From positions 32,001-96,000 of the forward strand of contig CAVWBU010000035.1 of the NCBI GenBank assembly GCA_963753345.1: a stretch of DNA of 64,000 bases, given 5' to 3'. The stretch is from an uncultured Fibrobacterota bacterium. GTDB taxonomy: Bacteria; Fibrobacterota; Chitinivibrionia; Chitinivibrionales; FEN-1185. The notes below the pieces were generated by a model. That model did no database searches. It was not told where the DNA came from and worked only from the letters and a program-made list of their open reading frames with translations. This document shows positions 1 through 9,083 of the stretch, piece by piece; within the stretch, counting starts at the first letter, position 1; each line of letters starts with the position of its first letter. Both the position numbers and the translations under genes were made by a program.

Positions 1-610
1 CGAGCCGGAGGGTGCACGGCGCACCGACCGGCAGATACACGGTGCCGGGCTTCACCACGCCGGCCGCCGGCCTCAAATACGAAAAGGGAAGCTGCCAGAA
101 CGCGGCGCAGTGCGGCTGGAGAAACAGAATGCCGCCCGTAAACGCGGCGGCCGAAAGCGCCAGCGCCGCGGCCAGCGGGCGCAGTCCCCGGGAGTCCGGA
201 CCAGATGGACAAGAAGGAATTGCGGCGGCGGCCTGTTCGTGCACCGCGGCGGTGAGGTCGGCGGAGCCCGCGCCGCTTCCTGCCGAAAGTTCCAGTGAAA
301 GCGAAAGCCAGGGGTGCAAAAGCCGCGCCCGTTCCTCGGCCGCGCGGGCCGTGGCGCCAAGGCCCGGTTGTCGCAGCCACAGAAGTTCCGCGGCCGACGC
401 GCCGGCGCATGCGGCAAGCGCGGCGATCAAAAGGTCCCAGAGCAGGGGAAGCGCCACCCAGGGGAACACGGCGAAGAGAACCTGGACAAATGCGCATCCC
501 CCGAGCGCGGCCGCGCAGAGCGCAGCGCACCGCCGCGCCAGGGCCGCAAGGGCGGTCCGCCGCCTGAGGCCGGCGGCATAGAGACGGACACGGTTGAGGT
601 CGGGGTTCAT
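1..610 (-). CDS. Membrane protein, N-terminal part only (runs off the window); possibly DUF4175-like
   Basis: ATG at 610 overlaps the DUF4159 stop. The frame is open to position 1 (MNPDLNRVRLYAAGLRRR...), with hydrophobic helices. Family suggested only by the usual DUF4159 neighbourhood. Confidence 0.6.
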   Translation of the reverse strand, partial: MNPDLNRVRLYAAGLRRRTALAALARRCAALCAAALGGCAFVQVLFAVFPWVALPLLWDLLIAALAACAGASAAELLWLRQPGLGATARAAEERARLLHPWLSLSLELSAGSGAGSADLTAAVHEQAAAAIPSCPSGPDSRGLRPLAAALALSAAAFTGGILFLQPHCAAFWQLPFSYLRPAAGVVKPGTVYLPVGAPCTLRL

Positions 611-1269
611 GGGGAAAAAAACCACGCCACGATATTGACTCCCATGTCGAGGGCGGCGTGGTGCAGCGCCGGAGGGTCGGGGTACACGCCGATGTCTTCC
701 ATGCCGTCGCCGATATCCGAGCTGAACGCGTAGAACACCACCAGCCTGTTGTTAAAGAATATCCCGAAGCCCTTGGCGGGCAAACCGTCGTGTTCGTGGA
801 TTTTCGGGAGGCCGGCAAGCTTGTGGATGCTGGAATAGATCGGGTGGGACAGCGGCACTTCGACAAGCGGGTTCTCCGGAAACAGCGCCTTCATCTCGCT
901 CCGGAACGATTTGTCCATGCCGTAATCGTCGTTTGCAAGCAGGAACCCGCCGCCGATGAGAAACGAGCGGAGCCGTATCCGCTCCTCGGGGGAAAAATGA
1001 ACGTTGCCGTGGCCGGTCATGTAGAGAAACGGGTACTGGAAAAAATTCGGATCCATTATTTGGACCACTGCGACCGTGTCGCAGACCGGAATCGCCGTTT
1101 CCTTTCTTACTGCCTCAGCGAGGTTTGGGAGCGACGACGGGCCGTTGTACCAGTCGCCGCCTCCGCCGTAGTGCAGGCGGGCGATGGTGAGTTCGCATTT
1201 GTCGGCGGAATTTGCAAGTAATGACAATGAGAGGATGATCGGGAAAACTGCTGAAATCGTTTTCATCAT
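607..1269 (-). CDS. DUF4159 domain-containing secreted protein
   Basis: Signal peptide; motifs RLHYGGGGDWY, YPFLYMTGHG, GGFLLANDDYG, LPKIHEHDG, MGVNI. Confidence 0.85.
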   Translation of the reverse strand: MMKTISAVFPIILSLSLLANSADKCELTIARLHYGGGGDWYNGPSSLPNLAEAVRKETAIPVCDTVAVVQIMDPNFFQYPFLYMTGHGNVHFSPEERIRLRSFLIGGGFLLANDDYGMDKSFRSEMKALFPENPLVEVPLSHPIYSSIHKLAGLPKIHEHDGLPAKGFGIFFNNRLVVFYAFSSDIGDGMEDIGVYPDPPALHHAALDMGVNIVAWFFSP

Positions 1270-1487
1270 TGGTTACACCGCAGTGAGGTGAAGAACCTGC
1301 GCATCAGCTAAAATACCATTTTCTCCGGGTATGCGTTGAAGGTGTTACAGGCTAAGATAATTAGGATCTTGAGGATATTTTATTGTGGTTAGATACTCAA
1401 TGTTTCAGCGAGAATTCTTTTCGACCTTCTTTACTCAGCTGTACCACTGAGGAGTGAAAAGCAGGTGCAACCATTGCGTTTTGTTTT

Positions 1488-1661
1488 TGCGTTAGGGGCG
1501 ACTGGAGGTCCCGCCAAAGCGGGATGCCGCCCGGACCCGCCGCTATCGCGGCATAGGGCCGAGGCGGCCGGAGGCCGAAGGCCGAGACCGGAAGGAGAAC
1601 CGACCCCGAGGATGCAGAGGCGCAAAATTTTGCGCCTCTGCATCCTCGGGGGAACGCCCAA
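1488..1661 (-). ncRNA. Structured intergenic element, copy 1 (Flavo-1-like RNA/repeat), containing a perfect 48-bp palindrome
   Basis: Minus strand reads TTGGGCGTTCCCC-[hairpin]-GGGTCGG...CCCTAACGCA. Perfect palindrome at 1604-1651. Related copies at 36049-36300 and 54426-54593. Confidence 0.55.
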
Positions 1662-1679
1662 TTTCTTCGTTTTAGATAT

Positions 1680-2600
1680 TTATTTAATTTTCGGCGGGAA
1701 CTGCTTATTCCACCACAGCACGATGGGGCTGGCGATATATACCGTGGAATACACGCCGCTTGAGCACCCCACGAGCATGGCTAGGGAGAAATCCTGAATC
1801 ACCTGGCCGCCAAAGAAGGAGAACGCGATGAGCACGAACAGCACCGTGCCCGTGGTGATAATGGTTCGTGACAGGGTCTGGTTGATGCTCTTGTTGATCA
1901 TGGACTCCACGTTCGGGCCCAGAAGCCTCCCGCCCATGTTCTCGCGCACGCGGTCGAACACCACGATGGTGTCGTTGAGGGAATAACCCACGATGGTGAG
2001 CAGGGCCGCAATGATGCCCAGGGAAATTTCCCTGTTGGTAAGCGAGAAAAAGCCGAGGGTGATGAACACGTCGTGGAAAAGGGAAAGCACGCCTCCGAGG
2101 CCGTAGGGAATATTGAACCGTATCCCCATGTAAATCACGATTCCCACAAGCGCCAGGACCACGGCCCAGAAGGCCTTGGAGGCAAGTTCGGAACCGATCT
2201 TGGGACCCACTTTCTCCTCCCGCCTAACCTCGAACTTGTTCTCGGCGTAGCCTTTGGAAAACGCGGCTTTCACCATGTCGCCGACCGTGGTTCCCTCCGC
2301 CTGTTTCTTGACCGTCACCTGTATTTCGTTGTTCTTCTCGGCGCCGATGGTTTTGATTTCCGGCTGTCCCAGTCCGAGCGACGTCACGAGGGAACGAACC
2401 TTTCCGAGATCTCTTCCGATGGGTTTTTCGAATTTGAGCTGGATCTCTGTGCCGCCCGTGAACTCGATCGAGGTGTTGAACCCCTTGTGGTAGATGATGG
2501 AGCCGATGGTGATAAGGAGCAGGGTGCCCGAAATCGAGAAGGCGATTTTCCACACGCCGATAAAGTTGATGTTGGGGACTTTCTTGAAAATCTGAATCAT
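1680..2600 (-). CDS. secF: Protein translocase subunit SecF
   Basis: IEFTGGT, VGPKIGSEL, HDV, GYSLNDTIVVFDRVRE and TLSRTI motifs; downstream of secD. Confidence 0.97.
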   Translation of the reverse strand: MIQIFKKVPNINFIGVWKIAFSISGTLLLITIGSIIYHKGFNTSIEFTGGTEIQLKFEKPIGRDLGKVRSLVTSLGLGQPEIKTIGAEKNNEIQVTVKKQAEGTTVGDMVKAAFSKGYAENKFEVRREEKVGPKIGSELASKAFWAVVLALVGIVIYMGIRFNIPYGLGGVLSLFHDVFITLGFFSLTNREISLGIIAALLTIVGYSLNDTIVVFDRVRENMGGRLLGPNVESMINKSINQTLSRTIITTGTVLFVLIAFSFFGGQVIQDFSLAMLVGCSSGVYSTVYIASPIVLWWNKQFPPKIK

Positions 2601-2623
2601 GGGATAACCGTTGTTCCTTTTTG

Positions 2624-4327
2624 TTAAATGCTGAGCTTTTCCCCGGTCTTGGGAGTGAAGATGTTGTACATGATATGGGTAACGTACAGCGACGTGAACA
2701 TCGAAATGATGAGGCCGAACATGAGCGTGATGGCAAAGCCCTTGATGGCGCCGGTGCCGATCCAGAAGAGAATGCCCGCCTTGATGAGCATGGTGAGGTT
2801 TGAGTCCATAATGACGACAAACACGCGTTTATATCCTATGTCGATGGCGCTCCGCACCGTCTTGCCGAGGTGAAGCTCCTCGCGGATGCGCTCGCAGATA
2901 AGCACGTTGGCGTCCACCGCGACGGCAATGTTGAGGACAAGGCCGCAGACGCCGGGGATGGTAAGCGTGGCATTGACGCAGGCCATCGCCGCGAGCACGA
3001 ACAGCATGTTGAGCGCGAGCGCGAACACTGCGTAGGCGCCGCTCAGCTTGTAGTAAATGAGCATGAACACGAACACCAGAATCGACCCGAGGATGGCCGC
3101 GATGACGCAGTCGTGGATCGAGTCCTTGCCGAGCGACGGCCCTATGATCCGCTGCTCCATGATCTTCACAGGCGCGGGAAGCGCGCCGGCGCGCAGCACG
3201 ATGGCGAGGTTCTTGGCCTCCTCCATGGTAAAGCTGCCTTCGATCTGGGCCCTGCCGCTCGGAATCTTGGAGCGGATCACCGGCGCCGAGTATACGGTGC
3301 TGTCGAGCACGATGGCAAGGTATTTCTGGACGTTTGCGCCCGTGACGCGGGCGAACGTGCGCGCGCCCTTGGGATTCATTTCGAGTTCGACGATAGCGGC
3401 GCCCGCGGAGAATCCGCCGCGGTCGATGGACCCGCGCGCGTCCTTGATGGCGTCGCCGCGCATTTCAGGGCTTGACTTTACATAATACAGCATGCGATAC
3501 ATCGCCCCGTTCGCCACGCGCGTCTCGTGGCCCCACAGGAAATTAGAGCCGCCCAGGCCCGAACGCACAAGCGCATCGCGCACGTCCTTGCGGCCGAGGA
3601 TCTTTTCGACCTTGGCCTTGTTGCTTTCAAGAACGCCTATCTGCTCGCCGATGCCGGAAAGAAGCTCGGAGAACGACGTGATCGCCTCCTCCTTCTTCGT
3701 GCCCGCGGCGGTGGACTCGGCCGCGCCTGCGGCAGTGTCCCTGCCGGCTTCCTTTCCCTCAAATAGGGTTTGCGCCTTGTTCTGGGCCTCTTTCGTCTTT
3801 ACCACATTCGTGTCCGTGACTGCGGCGGCCGCGGCCGTGTCGCCCGTTCTGAGGCCCTTGAGCGCGTTGTCCACGACCTTTATTGCTTTGTCAAGCTCGG
3901 CTGGCTCGCGGAGCAAATTGAACTCGAGCTGGGCGGTGGAGCCGATCACCCTCGATGCCGCGCTTTCGTCGCGAAACCCGGGCAGCTCCACGATGATCCT
4001 GTCTTTTCCCTGTTTTTGAATGCTCGGCTCGGCGACGCCGAGGTAGTTGATGCGGTTCTCGATCACGGTGTACGCGCGGTCGAGGATGTCGGCCGAGGCC
4101 TCCTTGGGCAGATTCGACCTGTCGATCTCAAGCACGATCCTGATGCCGCCCTGGATGTCGAGCCCCAGGTTGATGATTTTCTTGAAAATGGTGGGGTGCG
4201 ACTGGGCATATGAGTCCTGGTCGTCGGCGCTTTTCGAATAAAACAGGATGGAATCCTTGAGAAAGAAAAGCGCGGCTGCGATGAGACCCACGGTGACGAT
4301 CAGGCCGACGGTGACGTTCCTGTTCAT
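2624..4327 (-). CDS. secD: Protein translocase subunit SecD
   Basis: NLGLDIQGG, LGVAEP, LRAGALPAP, IGPSLG, VDANVLICERIREE motifs; start taken at MNRNV. Confidence 0.97.
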   Translation of the reverse strand: MNRNVTVGLIVTVGLIAAALFFLKDSILFYSKSADDQDSYAQSHPTIFKKIINLGLDIQGGIRIVLEIDRSNLPKEASADILDRAYTVIENRINYLGVAEPSIQKQGKDRIIVELPGFRDESAASRVIGSTAQLEFNLLREPAELDKAIKVVDNALKGLRTGDTAAAAAVTDTNVVKTKEAQNKAQTLFEGKEAGRDTAAGAAESTAAGTKKEEAITSFSELLSGIGEQIGVLESNKAKVEKILGRKDVRDALVRSGLGGSNFLWGHETRVANGAMYRMLYYVKSSPEMRGDAIKDARGSIDRGGFSAGAAIVELEMNPKGARTFARVTGANVQKYLAIVLDSTVYSAPVIRSKIPSGRAQIEGSFTMEEAKNLAIVLRAGALPAPVKIMEQRIIGPSLGKDSIHDCVIAAILGSILVFVFMLIYYKLSGAYAVFALALNMLFVLAAMACVNATLTIPGVCGLVLNIAVAVDANVLICERIREELHLGKTVRSAIDIGYKRVFVVIMDSNLTMLIKAGILFWIGTGAIKGFAITLMFGLIISMFTSLYVTHIMYNIFTPKTGEKLSI

Positions 4328-4426
4328 GGCGTTGTCACAATTCCTTTCGGTAAAACTGCGGCCGCTTCGGTACGTTCCGACCACGAGGGTCGGAACTGCG
4401 GCTGCGGCGTTCTCTGGTGATGCCGG

Positions 4427-4831
4427 CTACGGCTGCGGAAGCGCGCCCTCCCGCGCCTGCAAAAACTCGCGGACCTTTTCCACGATGTCCTTCGGGTTCT
4501 GCGGCTTCGTGAGGTACAGGTCGCAGCCGAGACGCTGTCCTTCACGGTAATCGTGTTCCTGGTTGAGGGCGGTAAACAGAAAAATGATAATGTCCTTGGT
4601 TTCCGGATTGCTTTTCACCCATTCGCACACCTCAAATCCGGTCTGGCCGAACAGAATGACGTCGAGAATAATGAGATGCGGCCTTTCCTTCTTGACAACC
4701 TGCATCGCCTGGTTGGCGGTAATGGCTTCAAAGACGGTGTATCCTTCCAATTCGAGAAACAGCCTCAGAATCTTGCGGATGCCGGGCTCGTCATCGACAA
4801 GCAGGATGCGGTATGGGTTCTGCTTGGCCAC
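4427..4831 (-). CDS. Single-domain response regulator (CheY-like receiver)
   Basis: ILLVDDE, LIILDV, TA and YLTKP receiver motifs. Confidence 0.92.
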   Translation of the reverse strand: MAKQNPYRILLVDDEPGIRKILRLFLELEGYTVFEAITANQAMQVVKKERPHLIILDVILFGQTGFEVCEWVKSNPETKDIIIFLFTALNQEHDYREGQRLGCDLYLTKPQNPKDIVEKVREFLQAREGALPQP

Positions 4832-5039
4832 TGTGCACTGGTCCTGTCGCTTGAGCGGATTGTCCGCGTCGGCTCGGTGCCCGTCGGGCGTTGAAAGTGC
4901 GTTCCATGGGAGTGACGGGCGGCCGGATCAACGCGGATGGAAATTGTTCCGCGGTATACCCCAAAACCGGTCACCTAAAATACTATTTGGGGCTTCGGCA
5001 TGCCTATGAGGAATGTTTCTTTTAAGAAATAGCCGCCTT

Positions 5040-6437
5040 CTAAAGCACGAGCGAATCCTCCGGCGACGGATACAGAACGTTCTTGTATCCTTTCGCAAGG
5101 AGCGCGTCGCGCAAGGGCAGGGCCTGGTCTTCTTCCCCGTGGACAAGAACAATGTGCGAAAGCCTTCCGGGCGGCGTAAGCAGGGCGTATTCGAGAAGCT
5201 CCTGCGAGTCTGCATGAGCGCTGAATGCGTCGATGGTCTTTATTCTGCATTTCACCGTGTGCTCGACGCCGAAGATGCGCACCACCGGGTTGCCGTCCAT
5301 CAGCTTGCGCGCAAGCGTGTCTTTTGCGGCAAATCCGACAAAGAGGACGAGGTTCTTCGGGTTGTCGATGCTGTTCCGCAGGTGATGCAGGATGCGGCCG
5401 CCTTCGCACATGCCCGACGACGAAATAATGACGTGCGGATAGGAGAGGCCGTTTAAGGCCTTTGACTCGTTGATGTCGCTGATGTATTTGAGCCGTGAAA
5501 ACCCGAACGGGTCCTCGTGGCCCGAGAGAAAAATGCGGTTTGTTTCGCGGTCCATGCATTCCGGGTGGTTGCGGAAGATGTCGGTGGCGTTGCACGCAAG
5601 GGGACTGTCGACATAGATCGGCATGTCCGGAATGCGGTCCTCGTTGAACAGCTTGTGGAGATGATACACAATCTGCTGCGTGCGTCCCACGGCGAAAGCA
5701 GGGATGATCACCTTGCCGCCGCCCGCCGCGGTCTCCCGTATGGTATGGGCGAGCTCCTCTTCAACGTGGTCCGACGGGCCGTGCCTGCGGTTGCCGTAGG
5801 TGCTTTCCATAAGGAGAATGTCGAGGTCGCGCAGGATGTTCGGGTCCTGGATCACCGCCATGTTGGGCCGGCCGATATCGCCGGTAAAGCCGAATCGCAC
5901 CGTGCGGCCGCCCTCCGTGATTTCGAATGACGCGCCGGCCGAGCCGAGAATGTGGCCGGCGTCCCGAAACGTCACGCTCACGCCGGAAACCGGCGCAAAC
6001 GGCTTATCGTACGGAACGGGCCTGAATTTGTCCATGCACGCCTCGGCATCCTGGATCGTGTAGAGCGGTTCGAGGGGGGTGTCGTGCTGCCTGCGCTTCT
6101 TTGCATTGGCAAATTCGAGGTCCTTGAGCTGAAGGTAGGCCGAATCCCGCAGCATGATGCGGCACAGTTCCACCGTGGGCGGCGTGGCGTAGATCGGGCC
6201 GGAAAATCCCCTCTTGACAAGGTTCGGAATGTTTCCGCTGTGGTCGATATGGGCATGCGACAGGATGAGGCAGTCGAGCTGCTTCGGGTCAAAGGGGAAA
6301 TTGAGGTTCCTCTCGTACGATTCGCTGCGCCGGCCCTGAAACAAACCGCATTCGATGCATACCGAATGGCCGTTTACCGAAAGAACATGCAGCGATCCGG
6401 TGACGGTGCGGGCGCCTCCATAACAGTGAAGCTTCAT
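5040..6437 (-). CDS. MBL-fold beta-CASP ribonuclease-like metallo-hydrolase (YSH1-like)
   Basis: VTGS, LSHAHIDHSG, AGHILGSA, MESTYG, PAFAVGRTQ, SGMCEGGR, FSAHAD and VHGE motifs. Confidence 0.93.
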   Translation of the reverse strand: MKLHCYGGARTVTGSLHVLSVNGHSVCIECGLFQGRRSESYERNLNFPFDPKQLDCLILSHAHIDHSGNIPNLVKRGFSGPIYATPPTVELCRIMLRDSAYLQLKDLEFANAKKRRQHDTPLEPLYTIQDAEACMDKFRPVPYDKPFAPVSGVSVTFRDAGHILGSAGASFEITEGGRTVRFGFTGDIGRPNMAVIQDPNILRDLDILLMESTYGNRRHGPSDHVEEELAHTIRETAAGGGKVIIPAFAVGRTQQIVYHLHKLFNEDRIPDMPIYVDSPLACNATDIFRNHPECMDRETNRIFLSGHEDPFGFSRLKYISDINESKALNGLSYPHVIISSSGMCEGGRILHHLRNSIDNPKNLVLFVGFAAKDTLARKLMDGNPVVRIFGVEHTVKCRIKTIDAFSAHADSQELLEYALLTPPGRLSHIVLVHGEEDQALPLRDALLAKGYKNVLYPSPEDSLVL

Positions 6438-6562
6438 GCAAACGGTCCCTCCAAAATGTCAACGGGTGGGTGGTCGCGACCCCCAAGCCAGGGGACTTTT
6501 CGGAAATCCGGGCTCCATCGGTCCGGCGGATGCAACCTGAAGATCCGCATTTCCGCATTCCA

Positions 6563-6590
6563 ATTATACTATCACATCGATGGAAAGCAA
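6563..6590 (-). promoter_or_regulatory. Putative sigma70-type promoter for the beta-CASP gene
   Basis: Minus strand TTGCTT-N16-TATAAT about 125 nt upstream of the start codon. Confidence 0.4.
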
Positions 6591-6704
6591 CACTAAAATG
6601 CTGGAACGCCAACGCCATATCGTCAATTCCTTGCTCCGTGACAGGGGAAAATTGTATACTTTCTTCATCGCCACGTTCATGAACAAACCGGAAGGATGGA
6701 TCAA

Positions 6705-7370
6705 ATGAAACAATTTTCTCTTGCACAGGCGGGCGCGGCCGCCCTTCTTGCAGCGCTGCTTGCGCAGTCCGCGCCGTGTCTTGAGTTGTCTCTGGGCGCG
6801 CGGCTCGGTCTCAACGTGTCGGGCATCCTGGGTGATACCGCGACGACGATGGCTCCCGGTTACGGCGCCAACGGGGAGGTGTTTGCAAGCGAGTGGATCA
6901 ACCAGAGCTTCGGCCTGCAGGAGGAAATAGGCCTTAGCGCACGCGGAGCCGGATGGAAGGTTCCCGATGCCTCGGGGAATGCAACTAACAAATACCCCAA
7001 CTCCTTCACCTATCTCGACATTCCGGTTCTTGCGAAATGGCGGTTTGTTCAGCGCGAAAACCTGCGCCCCGTGCTGTATGGAGGGTTCACCGTGGGATTT
7101 CCCCTTGCCGCTTCACTGGTTTACCAGGGCGGTATCGGGGACGACATGATGTCGGATATCAATCCGGTCGATCTCGGCCTCACCGCAGGCCTGTCGCTCG
7201 ACATCAAACGCGGAAACCTTTTGATCCCCATTGACATCCGATACACATGGGGCGCCATCAATTTTCTCAACAACACCAAGGCCGACTACCCCGAACAGCT
7301 GCACCACAGCGTTTTTTCGATCTCCGCGGGACTGGGGTGGATTCTTGATGTGGGGAAGAAGAAGGAGTAG
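6705..7370 (+). CDS. Outer-membrane beta-barrel (porin/PorT-like) protein
   Basis: Signal peptide, GARLGLNVS, YLDIPVLAK, DIRYTWG, alternating beta strands. Confidence 0.8.
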   Translation: MKQFSLAQAGAAALLAALLAQSAPCLELSLGARLGLNVSGILGDTATTMAPGYGANGEVFASEWINQSFGLQEEIGLSARGAGWKVPDASGNATNKYPNSFTYLDIPVLAKWRFVQRENLRPVLYGGFTVGFPLAASLVYQGGIGDDMMSDINPVDLGLTAGLSLDIKRGNLLIPIDIRYTWGAINFLNNTKADYPEQLHHSVFSISAGLGWILDVGKKKE

Positions 7371-7496
7371 GGACAACGCGATTTTTATAGCAGGCGAATT
7401 GAAAATAAAAAATATCAGCAGTATCATATGTGAGAAAGTAATAGCAATCTTCCGATTGCAAACAGCCGGTTTCTTGTTTAAGGAAGTGACTTCAGA

Positions 7497-8591
7497 TCAA
7501 AGCGCGCCGGGACACCGTTCGCAAACAATCGGAAGGTTCAGACCCGGATCGGATTTGCCGTTAATGCAGCGCCTGGCATAACGGTAGGCTTCATTGTTCC
7601 ACACGCTGCGTATGGTTTCGCGCGAAACATTGCCGAAATGCTTATCGCCCTCATTGTAGCAGCAGGGGTCAATGAGTCCGTTGCAGTTGATCACCATTGC
7701 CCGCCAGGGCCAAAAGCAGTTCTTCTTCATTTTGCTTTTTTGAACAAAAGCTTCTTTAATTTTCTTGCCTTTCTGCATTTGCTCGACAAAATCGGGTCTG
7801 ATAAACCGGGGATCTTTTGCCGGACGGATACTGGCAGTGACAGTGGCATCGGCCGTCCAGTCCGTGATGGGACTGCACAGCCGTACGATATCGGCACCCC
7901 ACTCCTTCCCGGCGGCAACGACCCTTTCGACTTCGTGTTCATTATGCTCGAACACAAGGTATTGCATTTCTATACGCGGCCTTTTTGTTCCAAGCCGTTT
8001 TTTGCAAGCGGCGATTTCTTTCAGGTTCTTCTTGACCGCATCGAGCGATCCGCCCCGGCGATATTGTTCATAGGTCTCCTGCGTCAACCCATCGCAACTT
8101 ACGATCAGATCGTCAAGACCCGAGCGGACCAACGCTTCGGCCCCCGTTTTCGGCAAAACATTAAGATTGCTGCTGACCAGAGTCGCGATCCTTTTTGCGT
8201 GAACGTACGATATCATGGCAATAATATCCTTATGCAGAAAAGGCTCTCCCCATTTATAAAGGTAGATCTTTGCTGCGAAGGGGCTGATCTCATCGACGAT
8301 TTTAGTGAATGTCGCAAGAGACATGACGGTTTTCTCTATGGTCGAGGCATTGAGGCCGGTCGTGCACAGAGGGCACCTGAGGTTGCAGATGTTTGAGGGA
8401 TCGATCATGTAAACATACGGCATCCCGACACAGCGCTCAAAACCTGCGATGCGACACGTTTCCGCCAGAAAAATATTCACCGTTTTCCGAAGGGTCGCAT
8501 AGCGAACGAATTGCCTGCCATGGCGTTTGAGCCGGGACCACTGGTTACGCAGGAGGTGAATCCTGCTTCTTATCACCTTGCCGCTTATCAT
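7497..8591 (-). CDS. Radical SAM/SPASM domain protein
   Basis: CNLRCPLC motif, WGEP, SPASM cysteines CFWPW...PCC...CERC. Start uncertain (ORF is open to 8669). Confidence 0.88.
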   Translation of the reverse strand: MISGKVIRSRIHLLRNQWSRLKRHGRQFVRYATLRKTVNIFLAETCRIAGFERCVGMPYVYMIDPSNICNLRCPLCTTGLNASTIEKTVMSLATFTKIVDEISPFAAKIYLYKWGEPFLHKDIIAMISYVHAKRIATLVSSNLNVLPKTGAEALVRSGLDDLIVSCDGLTQETYEQYRRGGSLDAVKKNLKEIAACKKRLGTKRPRIEMQYLVFEHNEHEVERVVAAGKEWGADIVRLCSPITDWTADATVTASIRPAKDPRFIRPDFVEQMQKGKKIKEAFVQKSKMKKNCFWPWRAMVINCNGLIDPCCYNEGDKHFGNVSRETIRSVWNNEAYRYARRCINGKSDPGLNLPIVCERCPGAL

Positions 8592-9083
8592 ACATTTCCT
8601 CAAACATAGGAAAGGGTAAGAAATTGATTTTGTGGCGATACTGTTCGAGCAACAGCGCTCCACGGTCAATTGAATAGATGAGCTGCAAAAATTACTTCAG
8701 GCACATTCGGAACACAGGTTCGTTTATCTTTTTCAATCATTTTTACGGGGAACCTATAAGTTACTTTTTTGGCTAAACATACCGTTTAATAAGCGTTGGG
8801 GCCGGTATTAATTTTCGAAGGATTTTTTGATTATTATAGGTTTCCTATACTTGCATGTAGCTGATAAGTATAGCGTTTTTTCGGAGCGGGTGGGCGTATG
8901 TAAAGAGTTTCTTTACGGGCGCCTATAATTTCAACTATTCTTCCGCCTCCAATGTCTATACAATGAATGGCTTGAAAAAATAGATATTTTGGGGCGATAT
9001 TGTCAAATCTAAAAATGCCGATCTTATGGCTCTGGGTTCAGGCTTAAAAAAATGTTGGACAATAGGTAATATTATACCATTCG

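Noticed and set aside
6440-6560. 6S or SRP RNA
   Set aside because: Lacks the SRP GGAA-loop motif and the long 6S rod; kept only as a possible structured leader.
8690-9060. Radical SAM/SPASM gene remnant
   Set aside because: Only faint peptide hints across several stops; not supportable without BLASTX.
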